Positions 54,235-64,000 of a stretch of DNA of 64,000 bases are shown here, piece by piece (the stretch's first letter is position 1; every line of letters begins with the position of its first letter). The position numbers and the translations under genes are program-made. Below the pieces are notes generated by a model. That model ran no database searches. It had not been told where the DNA came from and saw nothing but the letters and a program-made list of their open reading frames with translations. The DNA comes from Burkholderiales bacterium (GTDB lineage: Bacteria > Pseudomonadota > Gammaproteobacteria > Burkholderiales > Burkholderiaceae_C), in the NCBI GenBank assembly GCA_038213545.1, contig JBBQSX010000001.1, forward strand, positions 21,067 through 85,066, given 5' to 3'.

Positions 54235-54810
54235 GTGCGCGTCGTCAGCGTCAACACGGGTGCGGTGCGCCCGCTGCGCATCGGTTCAAGAAACGTACCG
54301 TCGGGCATCGGCAAGACCGCCGTGACCGGGACGGTGGCGGTGATGCCGCTGGGTCTGCTGGGCGACGAGCAGGCCGACCTCAGTGTGCATGGCGGCCTGG
54401 ACAAGGCGGTGTATGCCTATCCGCTGGAGCACTACGCTTTCTGGGAAGCGCAACGCAGCCAGCAGGGCGTCAGCCTCTTCGACGACCCGTTGTCCATGGG
54501 TTTCATGGGCGAAAACCTGACCATCGACGGCCTGCTGGAAACCGATGTGTGGATTGGTGACCTGCTGCACTTTCCAGGCTGCAGCTTGCGCGTGACCGCG
54601 CCGCGCGAACCTTGCTACAAGTTCAACGCAGTGTTGGGCCTGCGCGATGCCGGACGGACCATGATGGAGCAGCTGTGCCCCGGCTTTTACTTGTCGGTGG
54701 CACAGCCCGGCTCCATCGAAGCTGGGCAGGCCTTCACGCTGGAGCCCGGCACACGCGGACTGCGCGTGAGCGAAGCGTTCGCGGCCAAACGCCTCAAACA
54801 CCTGCGCTGA
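54235..54810 (+). CDS. MOSC-domain protein (YiiM-like)
   Basis: GDEQAD..HGG.DKA, GENL and PREPCYK motifs. Confidence 0.88.
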   Translation: MRVVSVNTGAVRPLRIGSRNVPSGIGKTAVTGTVAVMPLGLLGDEQADLSVHGGLDKAVYAYPLEHYAFWEAQRSQQGVSLFDDPLSMGFMGENLTIDGLLETDVWIGDLLHFPGCSLRVTAPREPCYKFNAVLGLRDAGRTMMEQLCPGFYLSVAQPGSIEAGQAFTLEPGTRGLRVSEAFAAKRLKHLR

Positions 54811-54839
54811 AATCTGCGCGCATGGAGTACAACGCAGGC

Positions 54840-55787
54840 ATGACCTCGCTTGCAGGCACCGTGCTGTGCCTCACCATGAACCCATCGGTGGACGTGTCCA
54901 CCCACACAGAACGGGTGGTGCCCACCGACAAACTGCGCTGCGGCCTGGCGCGGCGGGACGCCGGGGGCGGTGGCCTTAACGTGGCACAAGTGGTTCAGCG
55001 CCTCGGCGGACACAGCGGCGCCCTGTTTCCTGCCGGCGGTCCCGCTGGCGAATGGCTGGTGAGCCACCTCCAGGCCACAGGCCTGCCGGTGCGGCGCATT
55101 GCACTGACTGCGGACACGCGCGAGAACTTCACCGTGCAGGCGCTGGACACCGGCGCCGAATTCCGCTTCGTGCTGCCTGGCCCCACGTTGACCGAGAGCG
55201 AGTGGACGGCCTGCCTGGCCGCCATTGAAACCCTGCCGCATCTGCCAGCGGTCGTGGTGGCCAGCGGCAGCCTGCCGCCTGGCGTGCCAGCCGATTTTTA
55301 TGGCCGGCTGGCGCTGATCGTGCGATCGCGCGGATCGCGGCTGGTGCTCGACAGCTCCGGCCCGGCGCTGGCGGCGGGCTTGGCCGCGGGTGTGTATCTC
55401 GTCAAGCCCAATCTGCGAGAGCTGAGCGATCTCACGCACCTGCCCCTGGAGACCCCTGCCCAGTGGCGCGACGCAGCACAGGCGCTGGTGGAACAAGGCC
55501 GGGCCGAGGTGGTCGCGCTGACACTCGGCGATCGGGGTGCGCTCCTCGTCACGCGCGAAGGCGCCTGGCGCGCCGACGCCCTGCCCATCACCGTGGCCAG
55601 CTCGGTGGGCGCAGGGGACAGTTTTCTGGGCGCGCTGGTGTGGGCACTCCAACGGGGCGATTCCTTGCCCGACGCCTTCACCTGGGCCATGGCTGCCGGC
55701 TCCGCCGCCCTGCTCACGCCGGGGACCGGGCTGTGCCTGCCCGACGACGTGCACCGCCTGCAGCCGTTGGTTCGGTTGCGGAGCTGA
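54840..55787 (+). CDS. PfkB-family 1-phosphofructokinase/6-phosphofructokinase II-like kinase
   Basis: TMNPSVD, GGGGLNVA, SGSLPPG, KPNLREL and VGAGDSF motifs. Confidence 0.9.
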   Translation: MTSLAGTVLCLTMNPSVDVSTHTERVVPTDKLRCGLARRDAGGGGLNVAQVVQRLGGHSGALFPAGGPAGEWLVSHLQATGLPVRRIALTADTRENFTVQALDTGAEFRFVLPGPTLTESEWTACLAAIETLPHLPAVVVASGSLPPGVPADFYGRLALIVRSRGSRLVLDSSGPALAAGLAAGVYLVKPNLRELSDLTHLPLETPAQWRDAAQALVEQGRAEVVALTLGDRGALLVTREGAWRADALPITVASSVGAGDSFLGALVWALQRGDSLPDAFTWAMAAGSAALLTPGTGLCLPDDVHRLQPLVRLRS

Positions 55788-55856
55788 ACGCGGCGGGCAG
55801 CGCGCAAGTCAGCGCGCACAATGGGCGACAGACATTCGTCCTCAAAAGGAAGTGCC

Positions 55857-55970
55857 ATGAAGGGCGACCCCCAAGCCATCACGCATCTGCAGGCGCAACT
55901 CAAGAACAAGCCGATCGGCAAAGTGGGTCTGCCCAACCACCTCCCGAGCCAGATGGGTTCGGTGAGCTGA
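55857..55970 (+). pseudogene. bfr: Bacterioferritin remnant: N- and C-termini joined by an in-frame internal deletion
   Basis: 37-aa ORF MKGDPQAITHLQAQLKN-KPIGKVGLPNHLPSQMGSVS with AAGGA Shine-Dalgarno; the halves match the Bfr start (MKGD...LKN) and end (KVGL.NYLQSQM). Confidence 0.8.
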
Positions 55971-56172
55971 TCGGCCCCTTGCCCATGGCGCATGAGCTTC
56001 GCCCGCGCGGGGCCATGTTTCAGCGCTTGCCCGCCCGCCATTCCCTTCAGAAAAGTCACGGCGACCGCAACGGTTTGCGCGGTATCACGGACTAGGGTTT
56101 TCCCGGGCGCAGCACTAGAATGCGCAACTCGCTTTCACATAGCAAGAATTCAGCACGACCGGAGACAAGATC

Positions 56173-58500
56173 ATGACGATGGACAACAGCCCAGAAAACA
56201 AGCGCGCCGAGCTGCGCCGAGCCGCTCTCGAATACCACGAGTTCCCCACGCCTGGCAAGGTGGCGATTGCCGCTACCAAACAGCTCGTCAACCAGCGCGA
56301 TCTGGCCCTGGCTTATTCGCCCGGCGTGGCGGCCCCTTGCGAAGAGATCGTGGCCGACCCGGTCAACGCCTTCAAGTACACCAGCCGCGGCAACCTGGTC
56401 GCGGTCATCACCAACGGTACCGCCGTGCTGGGCCTGGGTGACATCGGCCCGCTGGCCGCCAAGCCGGTCATGGAAGGCAAAGGGGTGCTGTTCAAGAAGT
56501 TCTCGGGCATCGATGTCTTCGACATCGAGATCAACGAGAAAGACCCGGACAAGCTGGTCGAGATCATTGCGTCGCTGGAGCCCACCTTCGGCGGCATCAA
56601 CCTTGAAGACATCAAGGCGCCCGACTGCTTCTACGTCGAGCGCAAGCTGCGCGAGCGCATGAAAATCCCGGTCTTTCACGACGACCAGCACGGCACGGCC
56701 ATCGTGGTTGGCGCGGCCATCCTCAACGGCCTGAAAGTCGTCGGCAAGGACCCCAAGCAAGTCAAACTCGTCACCTCGGGCGCTGGCGCCGCCGCCCTGG
56801 CTTGCCTGGGCCTGCTGGTCAAGCTGGGCATCCCGCGCGAAAACATCTGGGTCACCGACCTGGCCGGCGTTGTGTACGAAGGCCGCACCGAGCTCATGGA
56901 CGAAGACAAGGTCGTCTTTGCGCAAAAGACCGATCAGCGCACCTTGCGCGAGGTGATCGCCGGCGCCGACATCTTCCTGGGCCTGTCAGCCGGTGGCGTG
57001 CTCAAGCAGGACATGGTCAAGAGCATGGCCATGAAACCGCTGATTTTTGCGCTGGCCAACCCCAACCCCGAGATTTCGCCCGAAGACGTGAAGGCCGTGC
57101 GCGACGACGCCATCATGGCCACCGGCCGCACCGACTATCCGAACCAGGTCAACAACGTCCTGTGCTTCCCGTACATCTTCCGGGGTGCACTCGACGCAGG
57201 CGCCTCCACCATCACGACCGAGATGGAGATTGCCGCGGTGCACGCCATCGCCGAACTCGCCCAGGCCGAGCAGAGCGAGGTGGTGGCCGCCGCCTACGCC
57301 GGTGAACAGCTGGCGTTTGGCCCCGAATACCTGATTCCCAAGCCGTTCGATCCACGCCTGATGATCAAGATCGCGCCGGCTGTGGCCCAGGCAGCAGCAG
57401 ACAGCGGCGTGGCGGTGCGCCCCGTGACCGACATGGCGGCCTACCGCGAGCGTCTGCAGAGCTTCGTATTCGCCTCCGGCACGATCATGAAACCGATCTA
57501 CGCCGCGGCAAAGACAGCCGCCCGCAAGCGCGTGGCCTACGCCGAAGGTGAAGAGGAGCGCGTTCTGCGCGCCTGCCAGATCGTCGTGGACGAGGGCCTC
57601 GCGCGCCCGACGCTGATCGGCCGCCCGGCCGTGATCGCGCAGCGCATCGAGAAGTTCGGCCTGCGCCTGCGCGAGGAACTCGACTACGACATCGTCAACG
57701 TCGAGCAGGACAGCCGCTACCGCGATTTTTGGCAAACCTACCACCGCATGACCGAGCGCAAGGGCGTCACCCAGCAGCTGGCCAAAATCGAGATGCGCCG
57801 CCGTCTCACGCTGATCGGCTCGATGCTGCTGCACAAAGGCGAGGTGGACGGCCTGATTTGTGGCACCTGGGGCTCCACCCACAACCACCTCCAGTACATC
57901 GACCAGGTAATCGGCAAACGCGCCGGAGGCAGCCCGAGCACGGCACAGGACGTGCGCATTTACGCCTGCATGAACGGCCTGATGCTGCCCGGGCGCCAGG
58001 TGTTCCTGGTCGACACCCATGTCAACTACGACCCTTCCCCCGAAGAGCTGTGCGAAATCACGGTGATGGCGGCCGAGGAAATGCTGCGCTTTGGCCTGCA
58101 GCCCAAGGCCGCGCTGCTGTCGCACTCCAACTTTGGATCGAGCAACGAGCCCAGCGCCGTCAAGATGCGCCGCACGCTGGAGCTGCTGCGCGAGCAGGCG
58201 CCCTGGCTGGAGGTGGACGGCGAGATGCACGGAGATGTGGCACTGGACCCCGAGGCGCGCGCCAGAATGATGCCGAATTCCACCCTCAAGGGGGCGGCCA
58301 ACCTGCTGGTGCTGCCCAACATCGACGCGGCCAACATTGCCTACAACCTGCTGAAGACGGCGGCCGGCGGCAACATCGCCATCGGCCCGGTGCTGCTGGG
58401 TGCGGACAAACCCGTCCACATCCTCACCGCAAGTGCCACGGTGCGCCGCATCGTGAACATGACAGCACTGACCGTGGCAGACGCCAACGTTTCCCGTTGA
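56173..58500 (+). CDS. maeB: NADP-dependent malic enzyme with phosphotransacetylase-like domain
   Basis: [28 protein letters not shown] and DGEMHGD motifs. Confidence 0.96.
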   Translation: MTMDNSPENKRAELRRAALEYHEFPTPGKVAIAATKQLVNQRDLALAYSPGVAAPCEEIVADPVNAFKYTSRGNLVAVITNGTAVLGLGDIGPLAAKPVMEGKGVLFKKFSGIDVFDIEINEKDPDKLVEIIASLEPTFGGINLEDIKAPDCFYVERKLRERMKIPVFHDDQHGTAIVVGAAILNGLKVVGKDPKQVKLVTSGAGAAALACLGLLVKLGIPRENIWVTDLAGVVYEGRTELMDEDKVVFAQKTDQRTLREVIAGADIFLGLSAGGVLKQDMVKSMAMKPLIFALANPNPEISPEDVKAVRDDAIMATGRTDYPNQVNNVLCFPYIFRGALDAGASTITTEMEIAAVHAIAELAQAEQSEVVAAAYAGEQLAFGPEYLIPKPFDPRLMIKIAPAVAQAAADSGVAVRPVTDMAAYRERLQSFVFASGTIMKPIYAAAKTAARKRVAYAEGEEERVLRACQIVVDEGLARPTLIGRPAVIAQRIEKFGLRLREELDYDIVNVEQDSRYRDFWQTYHRMTERKGVTQQLAKIEMRRRLTLIGSMLLHKGEVDGLICGTWGSTHNHLQYIDQVIGKRAGGSPSTAQDVRIYACMNGLMLPGRQVFLVDTHVNYDPSPEELCEITVMAAEEMLRFGLQPKAALLSHSNFGSSNEPSAVKMRRTLELLREQAPWLEVDGEMHGDVALDPEARARMMPNSTLKGAANLLVLPNIDAANIAYNLLKTAAGGNIAIGPVLLGADKPVHILTASATVRRIVNMTALTVADANVSR

Positions 58501-58720
58501 GCCATAGAGAAAAAGCAAGCACTAACTTTTTCACACACTGCAGGCGCTTCGATTTGCCCGATTTTTCAGCAACCGCTTGCGTTTTCAGCCCGCCTCAGGC
58601 ACACTAAGCGACTGGAATTACAGGGTTAACCCGCCCGCAATACCCCCGCAAATCGCGCCAGAAGCGTTGTATTTGTGGGCTGTTGGTGGCGGGTTGATTG
58701 CATCAGGAGCAAGGTATTTC

Positions 58721-59155
58721 ATGGACCTGAAGCGGATCCGGGCGCGGATCGGGAGTGCCAAGGTCGTGGCCACACTGGCCTTGGCGCTGGCTCTGACGGC
58801 ATCGTTTGGCACCTTTTTGGTGCGAGCTCGAACACCATCAGACTCATCACTCACCGGCGCGACCGCCGTTTCCTTGACCGAATCCGGCCTGCCCACGCAG
58901 GGCCGGCAGGTGATGGAGCTGATCCGGCAAGGCGGGCCATTCCGGTATGAAAAAGACGGCACGGTGTTTGGCAACCGAGAAAGGTTGCTGCCAAGCCAAC
59001 GGAGGGGGTTTTACCGTGAGTACACGGTGCCCACGCCGGGCCTGAAGCACCGAGGCGCGAGAAGGATCGTGTGTGGCGGATTGCAGCCCAAGGCGCCTGA
59101 AGTTTGTTATTACACCGAAGATCACTACAGCAGCTTCAAGCTGATCGTGCAGTGA
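58721..59155 (+). CDS. Guanyl-specific ribonuclease (barnase/RNase Sa family), exported
   Basis: N-terminal hydrophobic segment; GGPF, FGNRE, YREYTV, RGARRIV and YYTEDHY motifs. Confidence 0.9.
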   Translation: MDLKRIRARIGSAKVVATLALALALTASFGTFLVRARTPSDSSLTGATAVSLTESGLPTQGRQVMELIRQGGPFRYEKDGTVFGNRERLLPSQRRGFYREYTVPTPGLKHRGARRIVCGGLQPKAPEVCYYTEDHYSSFKLIVQ

Positions 59156-59209
59156 GTCTTGGGTGGTGTGAACGGTTTTTTAACTTTGACCTTTGAAAGA
59201 GACGCGGAG

Positions 59210-59752
59210 ATGGACACGCCACTTCGTAACGTACGACCCAATATCGTTCAGTCGATTCGCGCCCACGGCGTGAAAGACCTGCAGGCTGCGGCCGAGCACT
59301 TGGGGCACCATTTCCTGTACGCCAACCTGGCCAAAGCCCAGAGCAAGCAGGACGTGCTGGAATTGATCGCAGCGCAATACACCTTGCCTTCGCACTTCGG
59401 CAAGAATTTCGACGCGCTCTACGACTGCATGACCGACATGGTCCACAAATCGGGCGCGCAGACGGGTTTCATCGTCGTGCTGGAACACATCCCTGCGCAC
59501 GCCAAGTTCGACAAGGAAGCGCGTGAGCAGCTGCTGGATATTTTCCGTGACGCCGCCGATTACTGGTCGGACCGCAAGATCCCGTTCCGCTGCTTCTACT
59601 CGTTCTCGGTGGCACGCTCACCCAAGGGCGAAGAGCCGATCGAAGTCCAGAGCGACGAGCCCATGCCCACGGACAAGATCCTGGACGTGAGCCCAATGGC
59701 GCTGCGCATGAGCAGCCCGTTCAATGCAGGGTATTGGCTGGCCGCAGCCTGA
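59210..59752 (+). CDS. Barstar-family RNase inhibitor with C-terminal extension
   Basis: HFGKNFDALYDCMTD barstar motif; directly downstream of the RNase. Confidence 0.88.
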   Translation: MDTPLRNVRPNIVQSIRAHGVKDLQAAAEHLGHHFLYANLAKAQSKQDVLELIAAQYTLPSHFGKNFDALYDCMTDMVHKSGAQTGFIVVLEHIPAHAKFDKEAREQLLDIFRDAADYWSDRKIPFRCFYSFSVARSPKGEEPIEVQSDEPMPTDKILDVSPMALRMSSPFNAGYWLAAA

Positions 59753-59769
59753 TCCGCCGCTTCCCTCTG

Positions 59770-59799
59770 AAAAGCCGCTGCTGTTGCAGCGGCTTTTTT
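59770..59799. terminator. Bidirectional intrinsic terminator
   Basis: AAAAGCCGCTGC-TGTT-GCAGCGGCTTTTTT between convergent genes. Confidence 0.85.
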
Positions 59800-60563
59800 C
59801 ATGTCGGCAGGTGTTTGATCAGCTCAAGATATTCGCTCACCGGCACTTCTTCGGCCCGGCGCTGCAGGTCGAACTCGCCTTCGAAGCCTTGTTCTTCGAG
59901 CCAGCGCCCCAGCGTGTTGCGCAGGATCTTGCGGCGCTGGCTGAAGGCGACCTGCACCATCGTCGAAAAACGCGCGATGTCGATCGCCGGCGGATCGGCC
60001 AGCGGGACCATGCGCACGATGGCGCTGTCCACGCGCGGCGGTGGATCGAAGCTCTCGGGAGGTACGAACAGCACGTTGTCCATGGCGTAACGCCACTGCA
60101 GCATCACCGAGAGGCGGCTGTAGTCGGACGTGGCCGGACGCGCCACCATCCGGTCGATCACTTCCTTCTGCAGCATGAAGTGCTGGTCCTGCACCACGGC
60201 CACGTGATCAAGCAGGTGAAACAGGATGGGTGTGGAAATGTTGTACGGCAGATTGCCCACGACACGCAGCTTGGGCGCGGCCAGCTGCGTAGCCAGCGCC
60301 GTGAAATCCACCTTCAACACATCGGACTCGACCACCTTGAGCTGGGCATGGGCACGCAGGCGCACCGCCAGGTCACGGTCGAGTTCGATGACCGTGAGAC
60401 GGCCCAGCCGCTCCACCAGAGGCTGGGTGAGTGCGGCCAGGCCCGGGCCTATCTCCACCATCGCGTCACCGGGATGCGGCGCGATGGCATCAACGATGGC
60501 GTCGATGATGCCGCCATCGGTCAGGAAGTGCTGACCGAAGCGCTTGCGGGCAATGTGCTTCAC
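59799..60563 (-). CDS. rsmA: 16S rRNA adenine dimethyltransferase
   Basis: [22 protein letters not shown] and PPPRVDS motifs; GTG start. Confidence 0.95.
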   Translation of the reverse strand: MKHIARKRFGQHFLTDGGIIDAIVDAIAPHPGDAMVEIGPGLAALTQPLVERLGRLTVIELDRDLAVRLRAHAQLKVVESDVLKVDFTALATQLAAPKLRVVGNLPYNISTPILFHLLDHVAVVQDQHFMLQKEVIDRMVARPATSDYSRLSVMLQWRYAMDNVLFVPPESFDPPPRVDSAIVRMVPLADPPAIDIARFSTMVQVAFSQRRKILRNTLGRWLEEQGFEGEFDLQRRAEEVPVSEYLELIKHLPT

Positions 60564-60591
60564 GCGCTGGCCGCCACGATGCCCCGCCGCA

Positions 60592-61965
60592 TCACTGCGG
60601 CGCTTCGCGGTACTCGACGTAGGCTCGACCGCGCACGTCCTGCACCCAGGTGCGCAGCGCCTCGGTGACCTTCTTCTCGCGCACCAGGCCACGCACCATT
60701 TCGCGCTGATCGCGCGCGGTGAGCGTGCTCTGGCGGCGCTCTTCCACCCGGATCAGGTGCACACCGAAACGCGACACAACGGGCGGCGACACTTCACCGG
60801 GGCGCAGGCGGCTCATGGCGGCCTCGAACTCCGGAACAAACTGGCCAGTTTGTGCCCAACCAAGGTTGCCTCCGTCTTGCGCCGAGCCGTCCTGGCTGTG
60901 CTCGCGGGCCAGCGCTTCAAACGTGGCCTGGCCGCTCAGCACCTGCTGGCGGAAACCCGCCAGACGCGCCACTGCATCGGCTTCGCTGAGTTGCGGACTC
61001 AGACGCAGCAGGATGTGGCGCGCACGTGTTTCATTGACGGTGGCATCGGGCAGGCCCGACTGGCGTTTTTCAATCACCTTGAGCACGTGAAAACCCGCCG
61101 GACTGCGCACAGGGCCGGCGATGGCCCCTGCGCCCAGCGATCGGGTCGATTCCACGAACAACTCGGGCAGGCGCTCCGCGGGGCGCAAGCCGAACTGGCC
61201 GCCGTTGGCGCGTTCCGCGCCGTCAGAGAACTCACGCGCGAGCTCGGCGAAGTCGCCACCTGCGCGGGCCCGGTTGGCCACGCTCTGGGCGCGCGCCTGC
61301 AGCGCCTGCACCCGATCGGGTGCTGCGTCTTCCGGCACCAGAACAAACACCTGCGCCAGGTTGAGCTGCAGGCTGGCCACATCGTTGCTGCCCTGGCGCT
61401 CGCGGATGAAATCGTCGATGTCGGCTTCGGTCACGCGCACTTTCGATTCGACCTCGCGCTCGCGCAAGCGCTGCAGCAGGATCTGGTTGCGCAGATCGTT
61501 GCGCAGCTGGTTGATGTCCACACCATCGGCGGCGATGCGGCGGCGGAATTCCTCGGGGGTGAGCTGGTTCTGGGCAGCGATGGACTGCTCGGCCTGGGCC
61601 AGCGCTGCATCGTCCACGCGGATGCCTGTCTCGGCACCGAGCTGCAGTTGCGCGCGCTCGCTGATGATTTGCTCCAGCACCTGGCGGGCCAGCTGGTCGC
61701 GCGGCGGCACGGGTGCAGACTGCTGGGTGAGTTGCTGCTCCAGGCGCACCAGGCGCTGACGCACTTCGCTGTTGGTCACGGGCTCGGAGTTGACCAGTGC
61801 CACGATGAAGTCGGCGGTGCGGGCCACAGACGTGCTGGGAGCCGCAGCCGCACGGATGCCGCTGGACGGGCGTAGCGCCTGAGCCTGCGCGGTGGAGACA
61901 GCCAGCAACGAGCAGCACAACAACCAGGTGGCGGCGCGGGACGAAGGAGAGAAGCGGTCAGTCAT
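60592..61965 (-). CDS. surA: Periplasmic chaperone/PPIase SurA
   Basis: Signal peptide, IVALVNSE, two parvulin domains (SPAGFH, SRFGVH); downstream of lptD. Confidence 0.92.
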   Translation of the reverse strand: MTDRFSPSSRAATWLLCCSLLAVSTAQAQALRPSSGIRAAAAPSTSVARTADFIVALVNSEPVTNSEVRQRLVRLEQQLTQQSAPVPPRDQLARQVLEQIISERAQLQLGAETGIRVDDAALAQAEQSIAAQNQLTPEEFRRRIAADGVDINQLRNDLRNQILLQRLREREVESKVRVTEADIDDFIRERQGSNDVASLQLNLAQVFVLVPEDAAPDRVQALQARAQSVANRARAGGDFAELAREFSDGAERANGGQFGLRPAERLPELFVESTRSLGAGAIAGPVRSPAGFHVLKVIEKRQSGLPDATVNETRARHILLRLSPQLSEADAVARLAGFRQQVLSGQATFEALAREHSQDGSAQDGGNLGWAQTGQFVPEFEAAMSRLRPGEVSPPVVSRFGVHLIRVEERRQSTLTARDQREMVRGLVREKKVTEALRTWVQDVRGRAYVEYREAPQ

Positions 61966-64000
61966 ATTGTTGGAACCGGCTGGGCGGATTGATTTCTTCG
62001 CGCAGGTACTGGTAGCGCGGAACGTTGTCTTTGAGGGTTTTCAGCGGGTTGGAGCCGATGCGGGAGAAGCCGCTGAACTCCAGCTGGAACAGGATACGCT
62101 GGTTGGCCGAGGCGTTGCTGCGTTGCAGCCGCTCCACCACGATGCGCCCGAGCCAGCAACCGGCGTCGAATTCGAAACCCGCCACCAGATCGACCACCTT
62201 GCGGTCGGGCACGCTGTAGTTGATACGACCCACGCTGTACCACTGGCCCGGACCCAAAGCGCGGCCGCGCACCTCGGTGCGCGCGGGCTCACCAAAAAGG
62301 TCGTTGAGCGGCCACTGCCAGCCCACATCAAACTGCTCGCTGCTGCCGCGCTGCAGTCGGTAGGCGGCGCTGAGCACCCGGAAGTTGCTGGGCGTGTAGC
62401 GCCCGCTGAGTGTGGTTCGGACCGACTGGCGATCGCCAGGGCTGTACTGCACGTTCGCGTCGGTTAGCCAACGCGGGCTCCACTGCACGCGCGCTGCCAG
62501 CAGGATGTCGCTCAGGCGCTCGTTGATCGGATCGCCACCAGCCAAACCTTTGGAGTTGGGCAGAAACACCTCCTGGTCACGGAACAGGTAGCGCTGGGCC
62601 ACACCCAGGCGCACCACCTCGGCGCCACTGTCGGGGTCGAGCAGGCGGGAGCTCACGCCCACGGTGACCGCGCGGGTGTCGGAGATGCGGTCGTTGCCGC
62701 CGAAGGCGTTCTCGGTGTAGATCGAGGCGAGGTTGAAGTCGTTGGCTGCAGAGTCGTAGTTGGGCAGCAAGCGCTGGTCGCGGTAAGGCGTCCAGGTGAA
62801 GAAAGCGCGCGGCTCCAGCGTCTGCGTGAAGCCGCGACCGAAGTAGCTGGCATCGCGTTCGAAGATCAGACCGCTGTCCAGGCTGACGGTGGGCAGCACG
62901 CGCGACGCGCTGCGCGAGCCGTTGGCCAGCGCACTGTCAAAGCTGTACTGCGTGGCGTGCAGTTGGGCGCGCGGTTTGATGAACCAGCCCGGCGCCTGGA
63001 AGCGGCGGCTGATCTCGGCCACCGTGAGCGCACGATCTCCGTTGGATTGCCCCGTCAAGCCCGGTACCGACTGGAAGCGTGTGTACTCGGTGAGCACCGA
63101 CCAATCGACGCCAGTGAGGTTGGCCACCTGCGCGTCGCTGCGACCATAGCGCACGGCCAGCGACGGCAAACGGTCGTAAGGCGGGATGATGGGTGCGGCA
63201 ACGTCTTGCAGCGTTTGCCAGGTGTAGGCGCCTGCACTCACCGACCAGGGCCCCTGGCCCCAGCTGTAGACCGCGTCGCTGGCGAGCAGGCGGGTGGTGA
63301 GCGAGGAGGTGGCGCGCGGAAAGTCGCGCCAGTAGTCGTCGTCGCTCACGCGGTTGAGGTTGAGGTAGAGGCCCGCCGAGCCACCAAACGCTGCGCTGCT
63401 GCCGGTGAGGTTCTGGTTGTGCTGCGCTGTGTAGCCCCAGCGGTTGGCGTCGCGCAGCTGGTCGGAAGGCATGAAGGCGCCCCGCACCTGACCGGCGTAG
63501 GTAGGCTGCAGGTAACGCAGCTCGCCGCCCAGGTCAACGCCGCGTTTGCTCATCAGCGTGGGGTAGAGCGTGGCGTCCAGGTTGGGCGCGATGTTCAGGT
63601 AGTACGGCAGCGTGACTTCAAGTCCGCTGATGTTGTCGATGTTCAGCGTGGGCGGAAGGAGACCGGACTTGCGCGCGTCGGTCAGCGGAAAGGAAAAGTG
63701 GGGCCATCCCAGAATGGGCACGCCTTTGAATTCCAGCGCACCGTTGGTGGCGGTTGCGGTCTGTGCCACGTTGTCGAACTCGATCCTGGTGGCTCGCACC
63801 AGCCAGTCGGGCATCCAGTCGGCGCCGGGCGTGCGCGGGCAGGTGGAATAGCGGGCGTCATGGGCCACGGCCTTGTCTTCGCCCAGGAAATCCACGCGGC
63901 TGGCGTCGCCCTTGCCTTCGTTCTTGAGCAGATTGAAGGTGGGCTGGGTGAACGTGCCCTGGTAGGTCTCCACATTGAGCCGCAGCTCGGGGCCCTCGAA
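61958..64000 (-). CDS. lptD: LPS-assembly protein LptD, 5'-truncated by the window edge
   Basis: YSTC, RKSGLLPP, PYYLNIAPN, VSDDDYWRDF, LEPR and AGCW motifs; lptD-surA order. Confidence 0.93.
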   Translation of the reverse strand, partial: FEGPELRLNVETYQGTFTQPTFNLLKNEGKGDASRVDFLGEDKAVAHDARYSTCPRTPGADWMPDWLVRATRIEFDNVAQTATATNGALEFKGVPILGWPHFSFPLTDARKSGLLPPTLNIDNISGLEVTLPYYLNIAPNLDATLYPTLMSKRGVDLGGELRYLQPTYAGQVRGAFMPSDQLRDANRWGYTAQHNQNLTGSSAAFGGSAGLYLNLNRVSDDDYWRDFPRATSSLTTRLLASDAVYSWGQGPWSVSAGAYTWQTLQDVAAPIIPPYDRLPSLAVRYGRSDAQVANLTGVDWSVLTEYTRFQSVPGLTGQSNGDRALTVAEISRRFQAPGWFIKPRAQLHATQYSFDSALANGSRSASRVLPTVSLDSGLIFERDASYFGRGFTQTLEPRAFFTWTPYRDQRLLPNYDSAANDFNLASIYTENAFGGNDRISDTRAVTVGVSSRLLDPDSGAEVVRLGVAQRYLFRDQEVFLPNSKGLAGGDPINERLSDILLAARVQWSPRWLTDANVQYSPGDRQSVRTTLSGRYTPSNFRVLSAAYRLQRGSSEQFDVGWQWPLNDLFGEPARTEVRGRALGPGQWYSVGRINYSVPDRKVVDLVAGFEFDAGCWLGRIVVERLQRSNASANQRILFQLEFSGFSRIGSNPLKTLKDNVPRYQYLREEINPPSRFQQYD

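Overview
GC-rich betaproteobacterial chromosome segment; gene content and order suggest Comamonadaceae (inference). Most of it is core genome: partial glnE, purB, moaC, sucCD, argC, recX-recA, topB, birA, gap, tkt, pepP, maeB, rsmA, surA and partial lptD. Embedded modules are: (1) an ~11 kb light/photo-oxidative-stress cluster (3.9-14.9 kb) with a B12-binding CarH/LitR-type MerR regulator, an Fe-S (PhrB/CryB-type) photolyase, an exported glutathione peroxidase and an eight-gene operon resembling the furan/methyl fatty-acid (ufa/cfa) genes, preceded by a structured pyrimidine-loop leader; (2) a lower-GC type IV pilin cassette (pilA, TfpZ-like accessory gene, PglL-like O-oligosaccharyltransferase) downstream of a CHASE2 kinase / PP2C / FHA / cyclase-deleted CHASE2 / cNMP phosphodiesterase operon; (3) a head-to-head pair of topoisomerase III (histone-H1-like tail plus SWIB domain) and a SET-domain methyltransferase, separated by a Z-DNA-prone palindromic spacer; (4) a rhombosortase and, 43 kb away, a GlyGly-CTERM S8 protease; (5) an RNase/barstar pair whose barstar ends in an SsrA-like tail; (6) an internally deleted bacterioferritin remnant. 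I found no rRNA, tRNA, CRISPR array, transposase or prophage. All family assignments come from motif recognition by eye, not from database searches.
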